Source: Patescibacteria group bacterium | Lineage (GTDB): Bacteria; Patescibacteriota; Dojkabacteria; J137 | DNA length: 64,000 bases | Reading direction: 5' to 3' | Assembly: GCA_016861265.1 (NCBI GenBank) | Contig: BOLA01000001.1 | Span: forward strand, 934,150-998,149 | Part shown: positions 49,544 to 59,539 of the stretch, piece after piece | Layout of the letters: the number at the start of each line of letters is the position of its first letter | How positions within the stretch are numbered: position 1 is the stretch's first letter | Position numbers and translations under genes: made by a program | Notes under the pieces: model-generated | What the model saw: only the letters and a program-made list of their open reading frames with translations | Databases searched by the model: none | Told to the model about the DNA's origin: nothing

Positions 49544-49623
49544 ATAGTAGTATTGGTGGTATTATGCGGGTTATGTTTACATAACCCGCATAATCAACTA
49601 CAGATTAAGACTAGATTGTTTAG

Positions 49624-50490
49624 TTACTCTGATAAAAAGCGAATAACTTCTTCAACTATATTTTGTCCAAAGCCTGCAAAATCGTGTTCGGCATTTTTTA
49701 ATACAATTGTTTTTATTCTAGGTGAATTTTTAAGTTCCTTTTCTAACACCTGCATCGCCATGTATGGATCCATACATGGTACGATTCCATCGTCTTGTGT
49801 TCCGGTAAAAGCCAGTACTGGCAGGTTTATATTATTTACTGCTTCAAAACCTAATTCCGGCATTAAAAAGTTAAATATTGCATCCTTTGCATTTTCTCCA
49901 AAAAAGGAAATATAAGTTTTTGCGGAAAGAAGCGTTTCTCCCCATAGTTGATCACTGAGTAGCTGATCCGATTTTCCTAACTCTACTAGCTTTTGTGCTT
50001 CTGCTAATAATTTTTTGTGCCTTTCAATTTCTTCGGGATAATTTACTAATCCCACCATATCCGATGGGCTTAGGAAAATAAGACCATTTATGTCGGTACT
50101 ATTAGTTTGGCTAATATAGTAAGCAACCTTTGAAGGGCCTAAACTATGAGATTGTAACCAAATATTCTTAAAACCCATTGATTTTGCGGTATCTATCCAC
50201 CCCTGAATATCAAATACGCAGTCTTCAAAAGTCTCGTATGCATTTCCAAGGTTAACACTACTTCCATTCTTGTCGAATTGGGTAACACTATGAGTACCTC
50301 TATGTTCAACAGCTAGAAAGGACCATCCATTTTTAGGATAGTATTCATGCATAAAGGGATAAAATGAATTGAAATATATATCCCCACTCATGCCGTGAAT
50401 GTGTAGAATTAGGTTCTCCTTATTAGCAGCTCTACTTAATAAACCTGTATAAGTAATTCCATCGGTTGATTTACCTTTTATTATTTCCAT
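49624..50490 (-). CDS. alpha/beta-hydrolase fold protein
   Basis: 288 aa; nucleophile elbow QSHSLGP (GxSxG variant). Confidence 0.65.
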   Translation of the reverse strand: MEIIKGKSTDGITYTGLLSRAANKENLILHIHGMSGDIYFNSFYPFMHEYYPKNGWSFLAVEHRGTHSVTQFDKNGSSVNLGNAYETFEDCVFDIQGWIDTAKSMGFKNIWLQSHSLGPSKVAYYISQTNSTDINGLIFLSPSDMVGLVNYPEEIERHKKLLAEAQKLVELGKSDQLLSDQLWGETLLSAKTYISFFGENAKDAIFNFLMPELGFEAVNNINLPVLAFTGTQDDGIVPCMDPYMAMQVLEKELKNSPRIKTIVLKNAEHDFAGFGQNIVEEVIRFLSE

Positions 50491-50492
50491 AT

Positions 50493-51401
50493 TTAAAAAC
50501 TTAAATCTAAGTTATTTAAAGTAAAATCCAGACCTTTAATCGCTACAGATCTGGTAGCGATTTGCTGAGCATGTACTATGGACTTCTGTAGATCCTTAGT
50601 GTTTAGAATCTCGGAAATAAATACAGCCTTAAAAATATCTCCTGCACCCACCGAATCAACAGCTTGAACGGGAGTTGTTTGAAAGTATATGGGGTCTTTA
50701 GCACCTTTTTCTAATACTGCGCAGCCATCAATATCTAATGTAAGTATTATTGTCCCATTACAGAATTTCCTGAATAAGGTAAGTACCCTAAAGGCATCTT
50801 CAACACTCCTAATTTGTTCATTAAATAGAGCCTCGGCTTCTTCCCTGTTAGGCGAAATATATTCAACATCTTTTAGCTTACTCAATTCCACAGTCTTTTG
50901 GGGGTTAGGAAAGTCCAAGAACAATTGTACATTCTTTTTTCTACAGATTTCTACAAGTTTATATAAACAGTCAACAGGTAAGTGAGTTGCACCGTAAATC
51001 ATTTGATAGTTACTCAAACTACCTTCTAAGTCCTGTATATCTTGCGTTGTTACCTTGCTGTTGGCTCCAAAGAATATATTTACGGCACTTCTTTCTCTTT
51101 CATCTGTTATTACGGATATTTGACCGGTTTTAGTATCCTCACTTTGGGAAATTAGATCGATATTTATATTATATCTTTTTAAGTCAGATAAGATTTTTAG
51201 GTAAAGATCGTCGGTTCCTGCCTTTGCAAAAAAGTCTACACTATTGTTTAATCGACTCATTACCCTTGCCGAATTTATAGTTTTACTGCCTGTAAAGGTA
51301 TGTACTTCGCTTGCGACACTAAATTCGTTTTCTACGGGAATAGTTTGTACCAAAAAATCATTTTCAAGGTATATGTCTCCGACTACAAGTAATTTTGCCA
51401 T
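50493..51401 (-). CDS. PfkB/ribokinase-family carbohydrate kinase
   Basis: C-terminal DSVGAGDIF motif; N-terminal GG-like region. Confidence 0.75.
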   Translation of the reverse strand: MAKLLVVGDIYLENDFLVQTIPVENEFSVASEVHTFTGSKTINSARVMSRLNNSVDFFAKAGTDDLYLKILSDLKRYNINIDLISQSEDTKTGQISVITDERERSAVNIFFGANSKVTTQDIQDLEGSLSNYQMIYGATHLPVDCLYKLVEICRKKNVQLFLDFPNPQKTVELSKLKDVEYISPNREEAEALFNEQIRSVEDAFRVLTLFRKFCNGTIILTLDIDGCAVLEKGAKDPIYFQTTPVQAVDSVGAGDIFKAVFISEILNTKDLQKSIVHAQQIATRSVAIKGLDFTLNNLDLSF

Positions 51402-51415
51402 AGGTTTTTATGTAA

Positions 51416-52159
51416 CTAATTGCCTAGATTATAACCAGCATCGATTAATATATTTTGGCCGGTAATATTAATATTTGTAGCAAGTAGTAAAGCGACATTG
51501 GCAATTTCTTGGGGTTCTATTAATTTTTTTGTAGGAATCTGTTCAAGTGCCTGGTCTAATTCATCTTTTGGAGCCTTTAGCCAATAGCCTGCATTTACTG
51601 CACCTGGTGAAATTGCGTTAGAGCTTCCGTAAGGACTTAGTAGTTTTGCTTGTCCCTGAGTAATATTTACTATTGCTGCTTTTGCTGCTGAGTAAGCAGG
51701 CGAGTCAAATTGTCCCGACACACTGTATCTGGTTGCAATATTAATAATGGTTCCTTTTTTGTTGCTGGTAAAATGTCTTAATGCGTATTTAGATACGCCT
51801 AATACATTCAAGGTATTTAGTTCAAATGTCTTTAACCAAGACTCATATTCCCCATTCCAGTCATCGCCATCTATATATCCTCCAGCGTTATTAACGAGAA
51901 TATCTAAATTCCCAAGTTCTTCTATTACTGTTGATATAACCCTATCGCAATCCTGTTCGTTTGTAAGATCACCTGATAATGTAATTGCTTTTACATTAAA
52001 TTTTAAAGTTTCTGATAAAACATTTTGGGCGCCTTGGTAATCAGAATGGTAATGGATTGCTACATTAGCTCCTTCGGAGGCTAGTTTAAGGGCAATTGCT
52101 TTACCAATTCCTTTTGAGGCTCCGGTTATTAGTGCAGTTTTTCCTTCTAATTTTTTCAT
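51416..52159 (-). CDS. SDR-family oxidoreductase (3-oxoacyl-ACP reductase-like)
   Basis: TGASKGIGKAIA cofactor motif, NNAG, YSAAKAA catalytic motif. Confidence 0.85.
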   Translation of the reverse strand: MKKLEGKTALITGASKGIGKAIALKLASEGANVAIHYHSDYQGAQNVLSETLKFNVKAITLSGDLTNEQDCDRVISTVIEELGNLDILVNNAGGYIDGDDWNGEYESWLKTFELNTLNVLGVSKYALRHFTSNKKGTIINIATRYSVSGQFDSPAYSAAKAAIVNITQGQAKLLSPYGSSNAISPGAVNAGYWLKAPKDELDQALEQIPTKKLIEPQEIANVALLLATNINITGQNILIDAGYNLGN

Positions 52160-52710
52160 TATATTAACCCTTGGAATTTTAGTAACACCGAAAGCAAGTC
52201 TACTTTAGCAGGTGTATTGTTCTGCAATTTTTCGATTAGTTCGGATTTATCCAGCCATTCACCGTTAGAGTAGTCATTATTATTGTATTTTATTTCGGTA
52301 TCAATATTAAGCTTATATACTTCCATAAAGGATTTTATCTGATCGATTATAGGATTTAACTTGCCTAAAAATACTAGATTTTCGACTTCTGTATTTATAT
52401 TTACTTCTTTTTTGAGACCGCCTAGTAAGGCCTGTTGATAGGTTTCTCCTGAATGTACATATCCGCCGCAGCTAAAATCCAGGCAATTAGGCCAAAATTT
52501 TTGATGTTCGGAACGAGTTGGAGTCCAGATTTTATTATTTTTGTTAATCAGAAAGCAGTTTACAGTTCTTACATACATGTTTTTCTGTCTTAACTCATCT
52601 TCGTTTAAGGTATTTCTATCTATTTGAATACCTGTGGCGTTATCGTTCCCGTCAACTATATCTAGGGTTGGTTTTAGTCGTTTATCACTAACTCTGTAAG
52701 ACAAGATCAT
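52159..52710 (-). CDS. Nudix-fold hydrolase with degenerate Nudix box (IDI-like)
   Basis: GGYVHSGETYQQALLGGLKKEV: Gx5Ex7 present but REuxEE not canonical. Confidence 0.45.
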   Translation of the reverse strand: MILSYRVSDKRLKPTLDIVDGNDNATGIQIDRNTLNEDELRQKNMYVRTVNCFLINKNNKIWTPTRSEHQKFWPNCLDFSCGGYVHSGETYQQALLGGLKKEVNINTEVENLVFLGKLNPIIDQIKSFMEVYKLNIDTEIKYNNNDYSNGEWLDKSELIEKLQNNTPAKVDLLSVLLKFQGLI

Positions 52711-52838
52711 AGGTAACTGTAAATGTCACTATTATAGCAGTAAAAAAGAAAAAGAGAAGATTAATTGGTTATATACCCACTCTTCTCTTTTTCTTATGTG
52801 TGAATGTAATACTACAGACTATTACTAACAATCTATTG

Positions 52839-53459
52839 TTAGAAACCAAGGCTCTCTTTTACAATAATAACTGTTGTTCGGTCTGGCATGAATTCCTTTT
52901 CCATAATAAGCCATTTGTTAAGACTGCTGCCGGCTTGTTCCCCGTATTCAGACTTCATTCTTTTGTCTTCTAATGGAAAAACATACTCCTTAATTCTTTT
53001 AAAGGCAGCATCTAAATCTTTTACTATTTTAGTTGCACTTACAACAACAACAACTTTTTCTGCTGCAAATGGTAGTGTTCCTATTCTGCTACCAGTTGCA
53101 TCTACAGCAATTAATTGTCCGTTTTCAGTTACGGCGTTTACACTGCTTACAAAATATTCAACTGCAATCGACTTTCGTCTTAAGTCTGCTCTCTTTTGTG
53201 CATCGTCTTCCGCCACAATTTGTTTACCAACATAGTTATATTTAGAAGTATCACCTTTTAGCAAATCCATAAAACCAATTTGTTTTAGACTTGTAGATGA
53301 CCCAGTGTTTACATCTTTACCTTCAGGAATTAGTTCTAAAAGCTTTTCTAATGCCTGTTCTTTATTATCTACAATAAAAGTCTTCATGTTATGGGCATTA
53401 AGATTTTCTGCAGTCTTGTTTATTACTTCATCAGTAGGGATTGTTGTCCATTCGTTCAT
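52839..53459 (-). CDS. LUD-domain (LutC/DUF162-like) protein
   Basis: 206 aa with overall LUD-domain pattern (…VNTGSSTSL…, …SATKIV…). Confidence 0.5.
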   Translation of the reverse strand: MNEWTTIPTDEVINKTAENLNAHNMKTFIVDNKEQALEKLLELIPEGKDVNTGSSTSLKQIGFMDLLKGDTSKYNYVGKQIVAEDDAQKRADLRRKSIAVEYFVSSVNAVTENGQLIAVDATGSRIGTLPFAAEKVVVVVSATKIVKDLDAAFKRIKEYVFPLEDKRMKSEYGEQAGSSLNKWLIMEKEFMPDRTTVIIVKESLGF

Positions 53460-53593
53460 ATTAATTATTTAATAAGTATTATAAGCAATTAATTGCGCAT
53501 ATTATTTGCTTTTTTAATATTTGAATTCTATAATTCATTGTGTAAGTTTGTAAAGTACGCACTTTTTAATTATATAGTGTTAAAAAAGATACT

Positions 53594-53923
53594 ATGGCGA
53601 AGGAATGTGAGAGTAAAAATCCTGTGAATGTAACTCTTAAGGTTATTGGAGGTAAGTGGAAACCATTATTAATGTGGCTAATTGCTCAAGAAACAATGCG
53701 TTTTAATGAGCTTCAAAAATCTATGCCTGGAGTAACTCAAAAAATGCTTACTCAGCAGTTACGGGAACTAGAGTCAGATGGATTAGTTCAAAGAACTGTT
53801 TATCCGGTTGTACCACCTAAGGTTGAATATTCCTTAACAGAATACGGAAAAACACTTGAGCCCGTATTAAAAGCTATGGCAACGTGGGGTAATTCACACA
53901 AGTCTCGTTTAAACGCTGAATAA
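53594..53923 (+). CDS. HxlR-family winged-helix transcriptional regulator
   Basis: CPVNVTLKVIGGKWKPLLMW…RFNELQKSMPGVTQKMLTQQLRELESDGLVQRTVYP. Confidence 0.85.
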   Translation: MAKECESKNPVNVTLKVIGGKWKPLLMWLIAQETMRFNELQKSMPGVTQKMLTQQLRELESDGLVQRTVYPVVPPKVEYSLTEYGKTLEPVLKAMATWGNSHKSRLNAE

Positions 53924-54156
53924 TTAACACTATATTGATTATATACATCGAATAATATACGTGTTATAATTTAAGGTTACTTTTCTTCTAGCCTATTTTA
54001 GGTTTTGTAGTGACTGATAAAAGAAGGAAGGTTAAAGTTTTGATTCTAATATCAGTGTAAACAAAATTTAATAGGGTTTTAATGGGATTTCCCCCTGCCT
54101 ATATTATATTTACAATAGTCTAGATTCAGACGTGTATAATTTTTTATTCTATTATT

Positions 54157-55656
54157 TTGAATAATAAGAGAAATTTTAAGAGATCCAGATTCGATAGAAC
54201 ATATAAGGACTCTTCTGCTCCTAGAAACTCGAGCAGTAACAAAAGAGATTCAACAAATTATTTAGGAGATGTAACTTACTCATCTTCACGAAGAGCTAAG
54301 CCTGCTTTTGATAAAAAGAGCCGAGGTTCTGATTCCAGGCCTTATAGAGGAGGAACTTCAAGTTATGCTGTAAACAGATCAGAAAATACTCAAAAGGAGA
54401 GTTTTAACTCTAATCCTTCGAGAATTGATAGATCTTTAAACAGAGATAGATACCCTAGATCTAACGGTAGATTCGGTGAATCGAGAGGAAGATTTGGAGG
54501 TAACAGACCTGTAAGACCATACGGAAGAGGTAGAATGGATAATAAGAACTTAGATGAGATTATTAGATTTATTAAGTCTTCAGTAAACAAGCCAAAAGCT
54601 ATAGAAGTTAAAGAGGAAGAAAAATTTGTAGGTGAAATTCAAGATGTAGTTACAGAGAAAGCTTTATTAAAGAACTTATTAAATAAGGGCTTTACAAAGA
54701 CTACACCTATTCAAGCAAAGGCTATTCCTGTAATTAGAGAAGGAAAAGATATTCTAGGTTTAGCAAATACTGGAACTGGTAAAACAGCAGCATACTTAAT
54801 TCCATTAATAGAAGAAACTCTTAAAAAGAGAACTAAGACTCTAATTTTGGTTCCAACAAGAGAATTAGCTATTCAGATTAAGAATGAAATTTATCTATTT
54901 ACAAAGGATATGCCAATAAGATCAGAGATTATTATTGGTGGAGCCGACATGTATAGGCAAATTCAAAATCTAAGAAGAAATCCTGACTTTGTTGTAGGTA
55001 CACCAGGTAGAATTAAGGACCAGAAGCAAAGAGGCAACATTGTAATAAGTAATTACGACAATATTGTTTTAGATGAAGCAGATAGAATGCTTGATATGGG
55101 TTTTATTACAGAAATTAAAGATTTACTAAAAGAAAGAAAGGCAGATGTTCAAAGTTTATTCTTTAGTGCAACTATGGATAAAAAGGTTGCTCTATTAATT
55201 AATGAATTCTGTAAAGCATATTCTACAATTGAAATTAGCCAACAGAAAGTTACTGATTTAATTGATCAGAAGATTGTTACTTTTAAAGATGACGAAGCAA
55301 AAATGGAGAAAGTTGAAGAACTTTTAGGTAATTTTGACAAGTCAATTATCTTTGTAAATACAAAACATAGAGCTGATAAGTTAATGAAACATTTAAACGA
55401 AAAAGGCTTTAGAACAGACGCTTTACACGGAGATAAAAGTCAGAATTTAAGACAGAGAATCATGAGAAATTATAAAGACAATAGATTTGACCACCTAATT
55501 GCAACAGATGTTGCAGCAAGAGGAATAGATGTAAAAGATGTTTCTCACGTTTTGAATTACGATGTCCCAGCTACTGTAGAAGATTATATTCACAGAGTAG
55601 GTAGAACCGGAAGAGCCGGAAAAGTCGGAATAGCAGTAACGCTAATTAGAGAATAA
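54157..55656 (+). CDS. DEAD-box ATP-dependent RNA helicase with ~125-aa N-terminal Arg/Ser/Gly-rich extension
   Basis: Q-motif GFTKTTPIQ, motif I ANTGTGKT, DEAD (LDEADRML), SAT, HRVGRTGRAG. No ATG before 54535; the open frame from the TTG at 54157 is far longer than expected by chance in AT-rich DNA. Confidence 0.8.
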   Translation: MNNKRNFKRSRFDRTYKDSSAPRNSSSNKRDSTNYLGDVTYSSSRRAKPAFDKKSRGSDSRPYRGGTSSYAVNRSENTQKESFNSNPSRIDRSLNRDRYPRSNGRFGESRGRFGGNRPVRPYGRGRMDNKNLDEIIRFIKSSVNKPKAIEVKEEEKFVGEIQDVVTEKALLKNLLNKGFTKTTPIQAKAIPVIREGKDILGLANTGTGKTAAYLIPLIEETLKKRTKTLILVPTRELAIQIKNEIYLFTKDMPIRSEIIIGGADMYRQIQNLRRNPDFVVGTPGRIKDQKQRGNIVISNYDNIVLDEADRMLDMGFITEIKDLLKERKADVQSLFFSATMDKKVALLINEFCKAYSTIEISQQKVTDLIDQKIVTFKDDEAKMEKVEELLGNFDKSIIFVNTKHRADKLMKHLNEKGFRTDALHGDKSQNLRQRIMRNYKDNRFDHLIATDVAARGIDVKDVSHVLNYDVPATVEDYIHRVGRTGRAGKVGIAVTLIRE

Positions 55657-55660
55657 ATTA

Positions 55661-55686
55661 AAACCCGCGAAAGCGGGTTTTTTTGT
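55661..55686 (+). terminator. Rho-independent terminator AACCCGC-GAAA-GCGGGTT + TTTTTTG
   Basis: Seen in sequence. Confidence 0.8.
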
Positions 55687-55730
55687 GCCTGTTATAATTA
55701 GTTAAGCCAAGTTAAGGAGGAATAGAACAA

Positions 55731-56141
55731 ATGAGTCTGCTGACAGTTAATTACAGCGGTTCTGCTATGGCTCAAGCGCTTCCCAAGCCAGTGGGTCATG
55801 GCAATCCTCGGATAATGCTTTCCGAGTTTGGTAGTGAGGTGGAAACCGAGCTGATCAAGGCGCTGGGAAATCAGACCATTCTTCCTGTGGGCATTATAGG
55901 TACTAGTGGCGCACAGCCGTTTGGTGTAAATGCCCGCAATCGTGGAAGTGTTGAATTGCTTTTGGAACTGATTTCCCCTGTGGAGCTAGATTCCGAGGGT
56001 GTTCATGAACTTGCCGTTATCATGAGGCGTGCTGTATTGGACCTATTCAATACGCCACGTTATCAGGGCGGCAGTTATGAGCAGCTCGAGGTTCTGTCTA
56101 TGGTGGTTGTTCACAGGGGTGTATTAGTTTCTAAAGGCTGA
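55731..56141 (+). CDS. hypothetical protein on a GC-rich islet (~50% GC)
   Basis: 136 aa; extended -10 TGTTATAAT and SD AAGGAGG upstream; hairpin GCGGGAACTGC-AAGC-AGTTCCCGC at 56157..56182. Confidence 0.45.
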   Translation: MSLLTVNYSGSAMAQALPKPVGHGNPRIMLSEFGSEVETELIKALGNQTILPVGIIGTSGAQPFGVNARNRGSVELLLELISPVELDSEGVHELAVIMRRAVLDLFNTPRYQGGSYEQLEVLSMVVVHRGVLVSKG

Positions 56142-56182
56142 CAACCAACGAGCTTGGTGCGGGAACTGCAAGCAGTTCCCGC

Positions 56183-56700
56183 ATAAGTAACTACATATAG
56201 TTTTAATTGATTCCTGAAATTGTTTTTGTTGAAATTTGTATAGAAAGTTCGTGGAGTACTTTCTGTCAGGTGCATGGGTAATGCACTTTGAAATTCGGCT
56301 ACCGGCCTTATTCGACATAAGTACTCCATAGGTATAAAGCTGTATCTTCCCCTCTTCGGAGGAAAGGCAAATCAATTAAGGCATCAGGGGGCTTTCCCTT
56401 ACATCCAGATTCGCCGAGCGCAGACTCTTTTGCTTTATACATCAGCATAGTGACCGAAGTCATTCTATGCAAGGCAGCATCGGGCTTACACAAAGTATTC
56501 ACCCAGTAAGAGGCTTTGTCCTGCCTTCTTCCGGTAAGTTGTGTATGAGGTGTATTGTTAGCCACACATTTATCTCAAGCGCCGCACAATGCTCCGTTTT
56601 AAAGTTGCTCCCCAAACCTGTGGGGACCGTACTCTAGTCCTTATCTCCAGAATTTAATCATTGGAGCCCTTAAAGGGGTCTGCAACTTCGCGACTAAAGT
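56183..56700. other. ~520-nt GC-enriched non-coding region with multiple hairpins (candidate large structured RNA or decayed gene)
   Basis: Only short overlapping ORFs on the minus strand; UUCG-capped stem CCTCTTCGGAGG and other local helices; no family identified. Confidence 0.25.
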
Positions 56701-56902
56701 AGACGATTAAGATATTAACATATACTTTTAATATTCCAAACATAAATTCTATAATATTTATAGACCATGAAAGTTTCTTAAAAATGCAAACTATGTATTA
56801 AAAAATATGAGCCGGTATGTAAGTTAATTGTAAATTCTAGGTCAAATATATAACCCTCGTCTCAATTAAATAGTAGAATAAATTATTATTACATTTTTTA
56901 AT

Positions 56903-57412
56903 ATGAATAAAATTAAAAACATATTACTTAGTGCGGGAATTATTGCATTTACCGGGCTATTCTTTACGTTAAATATTAGTGCCCAATCAAGTGCAAGTGA
57001 ACAAATTCAACAGGCTCGTTGTAGTCGAATTACTGCAAGAATTGATGCTCAAATAGAATCATATAATTTAACTAAAGATAAGTACATTAATATTTATACG
57101 AGTGTGGGTGATGCCGTAAGTATTAGATTAGACAATCTAGAAAACAAAGGAGTTGATGTTGCACTATTAAGAACAGATCTGCAGGCGTTAAGTAGTTTAA
57201 ACGCAGAACTGGGAAGTTCATACGATCAATTTATAGCGGAATTAACTAAAGCTAAAGAATTTGGTTGCGGTACAAGTGAGAGTGAATTTACCCAACAATT
57301 GCAATTAGCAAGGCAACAGCTTTTAGTTGTAAAGCAAAAGGCACTTGATGTTAAAGAATATATATTCAATACTCTAAGACCGGATCTTAAGAATTTAAAA
57401 ACTACTATTTAA
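56903..57412 (+). CDS. secreted hypothetical protein
   Basis: 169 aa; signal peptide MNKIKNILLSAGIIAFTGLFFTLNISAQ. Confidence 0.5.
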   Translation: MNKIKNILLSAGIIAFTGLFFTLNISAQSSASEQIQQARCSRITARIDAQIESYNLTKDKYINIYTSVGDAVSIRLDNLENKGVDVALLRTDLQALSSLNAELGSSYDQFIAELTKAKEFGCGTSESEFTQQLQLARQQLLVVKQKALDVKEYIFNTLRPDLKNLKTTI

Positions 57413-57421
57413 ATTAATAAT

Positions 57422-57727
57422 ATGAATAAAAATAATTTACTAATAATTGTTGTAGGTGTTTTATTAATAATAGTTGTGGCAGCAGGTGCAATTTTATTAA
57501 ATAGACAAAATACAGTTATCAATAACTCAACAGATAACAATAATACTGCTCAGTTACAGACAACTACTCCAGATCCAGATATTTCAAATGATCCTGAAAA
57601 AATAAGAGGTAAATTCGAAAGTGAGATTAATTTTGAAGTAGATTCTGCTGTATCAAATATTGATTACTTGCTTACACAGGTTAATCCTGATTCAGATTTC
57701 TCAGATTTAGAAAATATTGATTATTGA
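57422..57727 (+). CDS. membrane-anchored hypothetical protein
   Basis: 101 aa; N-terminal TM; Asn/Thr/Asp-rich tail. Confidence 0.45.
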   Translation: MNKNNLLIIVVGVLLIIVVAAGAILLNRQNTVINNSTDNNNTAQLQTTTPDPDISNDPEKIRGKFESEINFEVDSAVSNIDYLLTQVNPDSDFSDLENIDY

Positions 57728-58386
57728 TAGTGAGATAAATATTCTATTACATCATCAAAGCTATTAGCAATAAAATCAGCTTTATCGCATACACTTTTTC
57801 GACATACGTTTTCGGTAAATGCTACAAATCTATGTGCAGCCCCTTGTTCTTTTATTTGGTAATCGGTAAATCCATCTCCCACAATTATTATTTCTCCGAA
57901 TAAGTTTAGGTTATTAACAACTTTAACCTTTCCCAGCTCCTGGGCAAGCAGGTTTTCTTCTACAATTCCTGCACATGTTCTATTTTGGTCAAACACGAAT
58001 TCATTTGCGTAAATATTGTGAGAGTTTAGTTTAAATTGCTCTAATGCCGGAATAATAAAATCCTTAAATCCCCCACTAATAATTATCACTTGATTAGATA
58101 TCTCTTCAAAATACTTTATGTTTTTGATAAAGGATTCTGTAAAATTCTGCTTTAAGACTTCTACAAGTTGCATTAATTCGTCTCTATTGAATTTTAGAAG
58201 TTCCATTCTCATTTTTAATGATTCGGGAAATGTTATTTGTCCCTGCATCCCTAGCTCGGTAATTGCCTTAATTTTTTGAGAAGTTTCGGAAGAGTTATTT
58301 CGAACGTCTACAATCCTAGCCAGTTCATCTAAGGCTTCCAATTTATTAATTGTAGAATCAAAATCTATAATTATGTAAGGAGTCAT
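57721..58386 (-). CDS. HAD-superfamily phosphatase (phosphoserine phosphatase SerB-like)
   Basis: Start MTPYIIIDFDSTI (HAD motif I DxD), C-terminal …IVGDGFTDY… (motif IV). Confidence 0.7.
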   Translation of the reverse strand: MTPYIIIDFDSTINKLEALDELARIVDVRNNSSETSQKIKAITELGMQGQITFPESLKMRMELLKFNRDELMQLVEVLKQNFTESFIKNIKYFEEISNQVIIISGGFKDFIIPALEQFKLNSHNIYANEFVFDQNRTCAGIVEENLLAQELGKVKVVNNLNLFGEIIIVGDGFTDYQIKEQGAAHRFVAFTENVCRKSVCDKADFIANSFDDVIEYLSHYQ

Positions 58387-58495
58387 TAGTATTGATAAAA
58401 ACAACTCTTTCAGAATACCATATACTTTTAGAGTTATACAATAGATATATATTGTTGTGATATAATCATTCCATCGCACATTAAGGAGGTTCTAA

Positions 58496-58927
58496 ATGCC
58501 AGTAGTAAGTGGTTTGTGGGATCAAGGACGAGTGTTCGCAGCACTCACTTGTAATCCCGAAGAGCAGCATACACAAGCCGAGGCACTAATGCTTGAGTTG
58601 TTTGAGGCAGCGCAAGCTGTTCTAGTCAAGCAACTTGAGGTTGTGCCGACGGGTATTGTGTTCTTCTGCGAGAAGCAGCCGATGCTCACCATAAATTCGT
58701 TCCCGCTGGAATTCGCCATTCGCAGCACTAAAAGCAAGGAATGGGGAAACAGGGATGATCAGCAAGAGATTATCCGAAAAGTCCTCAAGCGAATGCGGAA
58801 GGTGCTTAGGGCGTGGACTGAAGCCAAAAGGGCTAACTTTAGCGGTTGGCAGATTGGCATGGAGCTCAGCTTTATCGAGCTGTTCGCTACCAGCGAGGCG
58901 GTGGAAGAAGAAGCTGCTACGGAATAA
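58496..58927 (+). CDS. hypothetical protein on a GC-rich islet (~52% GC)
   Basis: 143 aa; upstream TGTGATATAAT extended -10 and SD AAGGAGG. Confidence 0.45.
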   Translation: MPVVSGLWDQGRVFAALTCNPEEQHTQAEALMLELFEAAQAVLVKQLEVVPTGIVFFCEKQPMLTINSFPLEFAIRSTKSKEWGNRDDQQEIIRKVLKRMRKVLRAWTEAKRANFSGWQIGMELSFIELFATSEAVEEEAATE

Positions 58928-58971
58928 CCGTGCGACCGAGGGGAGCGGAAAGCAAACGTTCCTCTCCAAAT

Positions 58972-59475
58972 TTATGCTTCTAGAGTTTCTTCTAGCATGT
59001 AGCTGCCTAAATTCATTTGTATCGAATAGTTATTAAGAACTTCGAGTGCTGTAAAATATGGCTGTGAATAATCGATTCCATTGCGTCTGCTGTCTTTTAT
59101 AAGAAATTGAAAGAATATTCTAGATAGTTGGTACATTGATTGTTGTGTTACTACAATCCTGTATTCCTCCGCTTTAAGATCGTCACTTGTGTAATAGGGG
59201 CCATTATAGTTAGGAATTTCTGCGTAAATATTGTTTTCTTCTATGCATTCTAATAGAAATCGAATGTGTTCCATAATTTCTGCAATTAAATCAATTGCCC
59301 TACTCTGAGGATTAGATTCGGAAAATTGTGTATTTAAGTGGTTTGGTCCAAAGATACCGGCAACAATTCCTATTAATTCGGCTTCCATTCTTACAATTGT
59401 AGCAGTGTTTAATGAATATTCCGGCGATGAAGGGGTACGTTTAAACCCAAGAAGATTGAGTACACTCATTAGCAA
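58972..59475 (-). CDS. hypothetical protein
   Basis: 167 aa ORF. Confidence 0.4.
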   Translation of the reverse strand: MLMSVLNLLGFKRTPSSPEYSLNTATIVRMEAELIGIVAGIFGPNHLNTQFSESNPQSRAIDLIAEIMEHIRFLLECIEENNIYAEIPNYNGPYYTSDDLKAEEYRIVVTQQSMYQLSRIFFQFLIKDSRRNGIDYSQPYFTALEVLNNYSIQMNLGSYMLEETLEA

Positions 59476-59539
59476 AATTTAACAAACAGGTTCAAAGGCA
59501 CTGTAGCAGAATATGTTTTGTTATGGAACCCTAAAAATA

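Noticed and set aside
56183-56700. RNase P RNA or tmRNA in the ORF-free region
   Set aside because: I could not find the universally conserved P4 sequences (GGAAAGUCCGG / ACAGAAnCCGGCUUA) or a tmRNA tRNA-like 3' end with a tag reading frame on either strand. The region is kept only as an unclassified structured or non-coding segment.
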